From assembly GCA_051942245.1 (NCBI GenBank), contig JAVECL010000170.1, positions 1 through 40,328 on the forward strand: a DNA stretch of 40,328 nucleotides. Direction: 5' to 3'. How positions within the stretch are numbered: position 1 is the first letter of the stretch; every line of letters starts with the position of its first letter. Of this stretch, positions 35,641-40,328 are shown one piece after another. This DNA comes from Trypethelium eluteriae. Lineage: Eukaryota. The translations under genes and the position numbers were made by a program. The notes below the pieces were generated by a model. The model was not told the DNA's origin, did no database searches, and worked only from the letters and a program-made list of their open reading frames with translations.

Positions 35641-37588
35641 GTTGTAGTCAGAGCTACCCGCTGACGCGACCATCTCTTTCCAAGCCATGGCTCCCGGCTT
35701 CTAGTGCTAATCCACACAACTGCTCATGACGATTGCTGACGGTAAACCTTCGTCACCTTGGGTCTTGGTTGCACAAGCATCCACAATGCGCCCTCATCGA
35801 ACTCGTTATGCACACTTTGGGAAAGGCAATGAGCAGGGATTTCATTCCGCTGAATTGGCGGCAGCATGAAACCGAAATCCTGCTAACGACAGTCATGTTA
35901 CAGGAAACCGTATGTAAGGTCTCATCAACCCATCTACTGAAAAGACACGATCCTGTCAAGCCGCCGGCAAGAAAAGATGGACGTGTTTGGAGAGACTCGC
36001 TGCAAAACGGCATACTGCTGGGTATAGAGAAGAAACAGGGTGACTTCGACGAGTATCTAGGTAGGCGTAGATATCTTGTCGAAAAAGCATTTGCCAATGT
36101 AACGTCATTTTCCTCGGGACATTTCAGTTTCCAGACGAGCTCCTCGCCAATTGCTACCCTTTTCTTGCCGTTCAAAACAGACTCAATTTCCTAACCAAGC
36201 TGGCGGAACAACGAGAGTCACGACCACGACTTTCTTCAAGTGACAAGTCCACGAAGCTATATCCAAGCTAACAGTACACTGGACCATCTTCATGTTTTGG
36301 GACTATGTCGCTCGGCAAGAAAATCCTTGAAACCGTGAATTCCGAGTTGGCTGCTTCCAGAGGCTTGTATTCCAGACTAGGTTCCTGATGTCTAATGCTT
36401 GGTTTGAACTGCTTTGGAGAGAGGTTTTTGGGCATGAAATACTGAGGCGCAAGGTACGCCATGCCATACATATCACGCTGAGTCTGAAACCCCTCACTCG
36501 GTCCGCTGCGCTCCACAACCGCAAGGACGGGATGAATGGTGAGTTTCGGGCCGCACCTCAATGTTCTGTCAACCCTGCACATTATTACGGATAAATTACT
36601 AACTACCTAGGCAGTCCTATGTGCGAGCTAAAATAGTCTGATTTTGATACGGACCAAACAGCGAGCAACAACTACCCCCTCCATCCCTTCCATCTCTTCC
36701 CTTTTGAACTTTTTATATATCGTGATATACAAAAAATGCCACAAGCGAATTTACGAACGCCGTAAAGTGAATATTCAGATAGGGCCGCATCAAATACCAA
36801 AAGTGGAAGTAGTTGAGATGAGGAGTGAGACACTGGTGTTGGCCCGTGTCCAAATCGGTCCATTCTAGCTCGTACGTATCTTAGACAAATCCCCAAGTAC
36901 CTTACCATTACGTAGAGACCGGTTAATCGCATGCCGTTTCCCCTTGCATTAGATCAGTCATCTCAAACCTCAAAGCAAGGCCCCCCAGGCTGATCAATCT
37001 TACACCCTTTATGCGAGTCTCTTAACCCAGCAACCCAGGAAATATCATACGCTAGCACTTGTTCCTGCTTTTGCGCGCCACAGAATCAGATCTATGGAGG
37101 CGTTTTGCCAGGCACGACAGGTGATAGCTTGCTCTCAGGCCGATACATATCAGGTCGAAGCGTTCTAAACCAGTAGATAAAGCGTCGCGGCGCACTCTAC
37201 GGTATCGTAAGGATAGAAAACTTCTCACCAAGGCTTTCATTCATGACATATACTCATATGCCGAAGTGGCTCTGCGCTTCTGACATGCAGTTGATCTATC
37301 CTCCTGCCGCGTTCAACGCCAAAAGCGTTCAAGCCATTCACAGCCTCCAAACGCCGGTCTGCCGTCCTCGGCCTTGCGACGCGTGTGACGGTAAGATCTA
37401 GCTAGATCTACCTTCTTCCACCCAAATTTGACCAATGGCAGCTATGGATAGCCTAGATACACCTCGGTAATCTCGTTCCTCTCTATGCTCTATTTTCATG
37501 GATGGAACATGTATTTATTTCCAAGAGCCTGGCACATTTTCCGTGGTCTATCACTCATCTATTTTTCTCCCATTCAAGACCCTGCAAT

Positions 37589-38450
37589 ATGAAGCTACAC
37601 ACTTTCCTCACCTTTTCCTCTTTCTCCGCCGCTGCTCTCGCCAACCCAGCTGTCACTCCTGCAGCAGTCGCAGACCATCAAGCGATGCAAGAACGCGCTG
37701 GCACGACTCCCACACCTACCGGCACAGCATGCACTGCCACTACCAGCCCTGCTCCAGTCAACTCTGCCACTCTCGCCGCGGCTGTTGCTGGCTGCGTGGG
37801 CATACAGCTAGCCGGGACTAACGATACTCGCAACGATATCGTAAACAAGATCTGCAAACCCTTCACGCTCATTTTTGCGAGAGGTACATCAGAAGATCCG
37901 AATCTCGGTAATATCGTTGGCCCCCCATTCATAGACGCTCTGAATGCCACCTTCGGCACGAACAATGTCGCGGTCCAAGGCGTGAATAACTACCCGGCAA
38001 GTGCACCAGAGTTCTGCATCGGTGGCAGTCCCGAGGGAAGTCAAAATCTGGCTCAAGTAAGCTTTCCACATCTAACACATTATGCGCTCTTACCTGCTAC
38101 TACTGGTCCTTGCTGACGGATTACAGCTCATTAGCCAAACTCGCACTGAATGCCCGAACACCAAACTCTGTGTCAGCGGGTACAGCCAAGGTTGTCAAGT
38201 TGTCCACAACGCTGCCAGTCAGCTCTCCGCCACCGATACCGCTTTTATCAACTCGGTCGTTCTGTTCGGTGATCCCGACCAAGGCAAGCCGGTCGGCAAG
38301 GTCCCGTCGTACAAGGTTAGCACAGATTGCCATGCGGGAGACAACATATGTGCCGGAGGTGAGACAATTCTCGAGCCACATCTGTCGTACTGCCATGATG
38401 TCGCCGCGGAGGCGGCGTTTGCAAAGGCCAGGAGTCTGGCATCAAACTAA
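37589..38450 (+). CDS. Cutinase (CE5), secreted, ~263 aa
   Basis: Exons 37589-38056 and 38127-38450 (intron GTAAGC..CTGAC..CAG). Signal peptide, LIFARGT, GYSQG nucleophile, LFGDP, CHAGDNIC (Asp), PHLSY (His). Confidence 0.93.
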
Positions 38451-39445
38451 TGCTGGGGTTGTCATCCTTCTATTTGTATATACCGAATCTGCAGAGTGAG
38501 AAGCACAATTAGAGATAATATGAGCGATTGATGAAATCCTGCAGAGAGATCAGCGCATCTCGATATTCGTGCGCACTTGTTAACTCAGCCTTCAACGATC
38601 ATATTTGAGTGTCAGGAAACTGCTGGAGAATGGCTTTTGCCAGAGATCCAAGTGGTGATCTTCTGGAATTTTCGTCTCCTATTCCCAATTCCGATGCGGT
38701 GGTTCGTCATGATTGGAAGCCCTTTCACTTCCGGCAATGGAAGAAGCCAGTAGCCCCTAGCTGAGAAGCCAAACAACACCAACCCTAGAAGTACCAAAAG
38801 CCTGTCAAGAACGAGTGCTCTCTCCTCGAGCATTGTTGAATTCGGCTTGCCTCCTCAGTGCAACCAAAAATGTACCCGAAGAAGGGCAGCCCAGGTACTC
38901 TATGTCTCTGCAGCAATATGTGATATACGCTCCTTTTTCTGTTCCCATGAAACTTCCAGTCACGCTGAATGTACTTATATCTCGATCAGGATGGAGGAGG
39001 GCAATACAGCTCTAGCAGAGTCGAAGTCTGTGCGCGCAATCAGAAACATTAGGCATGGTGGTAATTGCTTTTTGGATCAGGTTTACCATGACACTCTATC
39101 CTCAAATAAGGTTTAGCTCCAGGAAGGAACTTAATCCAGTAAATGTTGTGCTCCTCGCTGATCTACTCTTCAGCTTGGACCCATGGTGAGGCCGTTCTTC
39201 CAAAGATTAGACATGATATGTCTTGGACTTTTTCTCATGATAACGAAAATATCCCGACTGTGAAAGTCGTCCCAATAATAGTAATAGCTCCATGGACAAG
39301 AGCATCTTTCATAAGCTGGCACCTTCGCTATGTCGGAACCTACAATGCTCTTAAACGGCGAAAGTCTCCTGAAGTCAACCTTACTGATCAATACTGTTAA
39401 CATTTAGATATACACAAGGAGCCATTGAATGCTATTTACATTGGT

Positions 39446-40328
39446 CTATCGCCATTTTGCGTATTGCTTTTCCTCTTCCATACGCCGTTGTACTGTATCC
39501 AAGACGTTCTTATCATACAGGTCTTCAGGAGTTTTCGAACCTTTTAACACCTCCTTTTCATGCTTCGCTACCTCCTCCTTAGTCATACACACTAGCTCTC
39601 TTATCTCAAGCTTGACTCTCTTCTGTCCCTCAACACTCATGTCAAGATAGTCTTCCGGCGGTCTTCTCCATCTTGCTAAAGCCAATCTTGTCGTTAGCCC
39701 GCTGATAGCACTTCGACCATAGTAGACCTCCTCGACCAGATATCCAACATCGGTCAATGTCACTGGAACCTTGAGACCGACGGCATCGAATCTTCTGGCA
39801 CGTGCTACCCGCTCCTCCGATCCTTGTATCTGAGCCTGGATCCCTTCGTACATCTTATCCCGCGCCTTGCTGGCCAGGTACTCATGCGGATATCCTGTCA
39901 ATTCCAGAATGACATGATTTGCTGCCGCTAGCCCAAAGACCGCAGGCATTGTGCCTAGAACTGGCAGAATCCTGATTCTGAACTCGGGTAGAACGCCTAA
40001 CTCGCCCACGTCTCCCTTGTCGAACTCTTCATCTGGCAAGGGCAACAATTCCGCCTTTCCTGGGCCTGGCTTTTCGGTTGAAAAGATGCATGGAATTCCA
40101 GTCACCACGCCCTGAGCTCGTAAACGTCGTCTCGTCGCGCGAGATAATGGATCCTCAATGCTCGCAGAGATGTCACCAACGAGCACTCGGGTGGGGTCTG
40201 ACTTGCACCCAGCCCCCATTGAACTGATAACCTTGATCCCGTTATCCGCACAATACTTCAGTAATGCAACCTTACTATCGATATTGTCAATAGCATCGAT
40301 CACCCAATCCACCTTTCTCCCCTTTCCC
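39446..40328 (-). CDS. tRNA threonylcarbamoyladenosine dehydratase (TCD1/TCD2, ThiF/E1-like); only the 3' part, N-terminus beyond the right edge
   Basis: Frame open to the window edge; DWVIDAIDNIDSK, SSMGAGCKSDPTR, EDPLSR, FSTEKP, RILPVLGTMPAVFG. Confidence 0.92.
   Translation of the reverse strand, partial: GKGRKVDWVIDAIDNIDSKVALLKYCADNGIKVISSMGAGCKSDPTRVLVGDISASIEDPLSRATRRRLRAQGVVTGIPCIFSTEKPGPGKAELLPLPDEEFDKGDVGELGVLPEFRIRILPVLGTMPAVFGLAAANHVILELTGYPHEYLASKARDKMYEGIQAQIQGSEERVARARRFDAVGLKVPVTLTDVGYLVEEVYYGRSAISGLTTRLALARWRRPPEDYLDMSVEGQKRVKLEIRELVCMTKEEVAKHEKEVLKGSKTPEDLYDKNVLDTVQRRMEEEKQYAKWR

Noticed and set aside
35733..36594. ORFs 35733..36194(+) and 36268..36582(-) as genes or remnants
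   Set aside because: No convincing start context, family motif or splice support; cannot be supported without a homology search.

Overview
Intron-containing filamentous ascomycete (Pezizomycotina-type) genomic DNA. The left ~16.5 kb is the right-hand end of a probable secondary-metabolite cluster. It holds a CipB/AzaJ-like MDR oxidoreductase (truncated by the window edge), an HSL-type alpha/beta hydrolase, a PTH11/SAT4-like fungal rhodopsin-domain membrane protein, a SnoaL/NTF2-like protein and an intact ~2636-aa reductive-release non-reducing PKS (SAT-KS-AT-PT-ACP-CMeT-R). A decayed, stop-riddled gene with an internal protein repeat lies between SnoaL and the PKS. The right ~23 kb is ordinary euchromatin: an orphan acidic ORF tight behind a WSC1-like wall sensor, a secreted and probably GPI-anchored Vps62-domain protein, an AA9 LPMO, a PsiK-like small-molecule kinase, an AIM9-like kinase, a PPN2-like metallophosphatase, a Cys-rich cutinase and the 3' part of a TCD1/2-like gene. 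Exon structures were derived by hand from GT-AG and branch sites plus frame continuity. Family calls rest on motifs and recalled sequences, with no database search.
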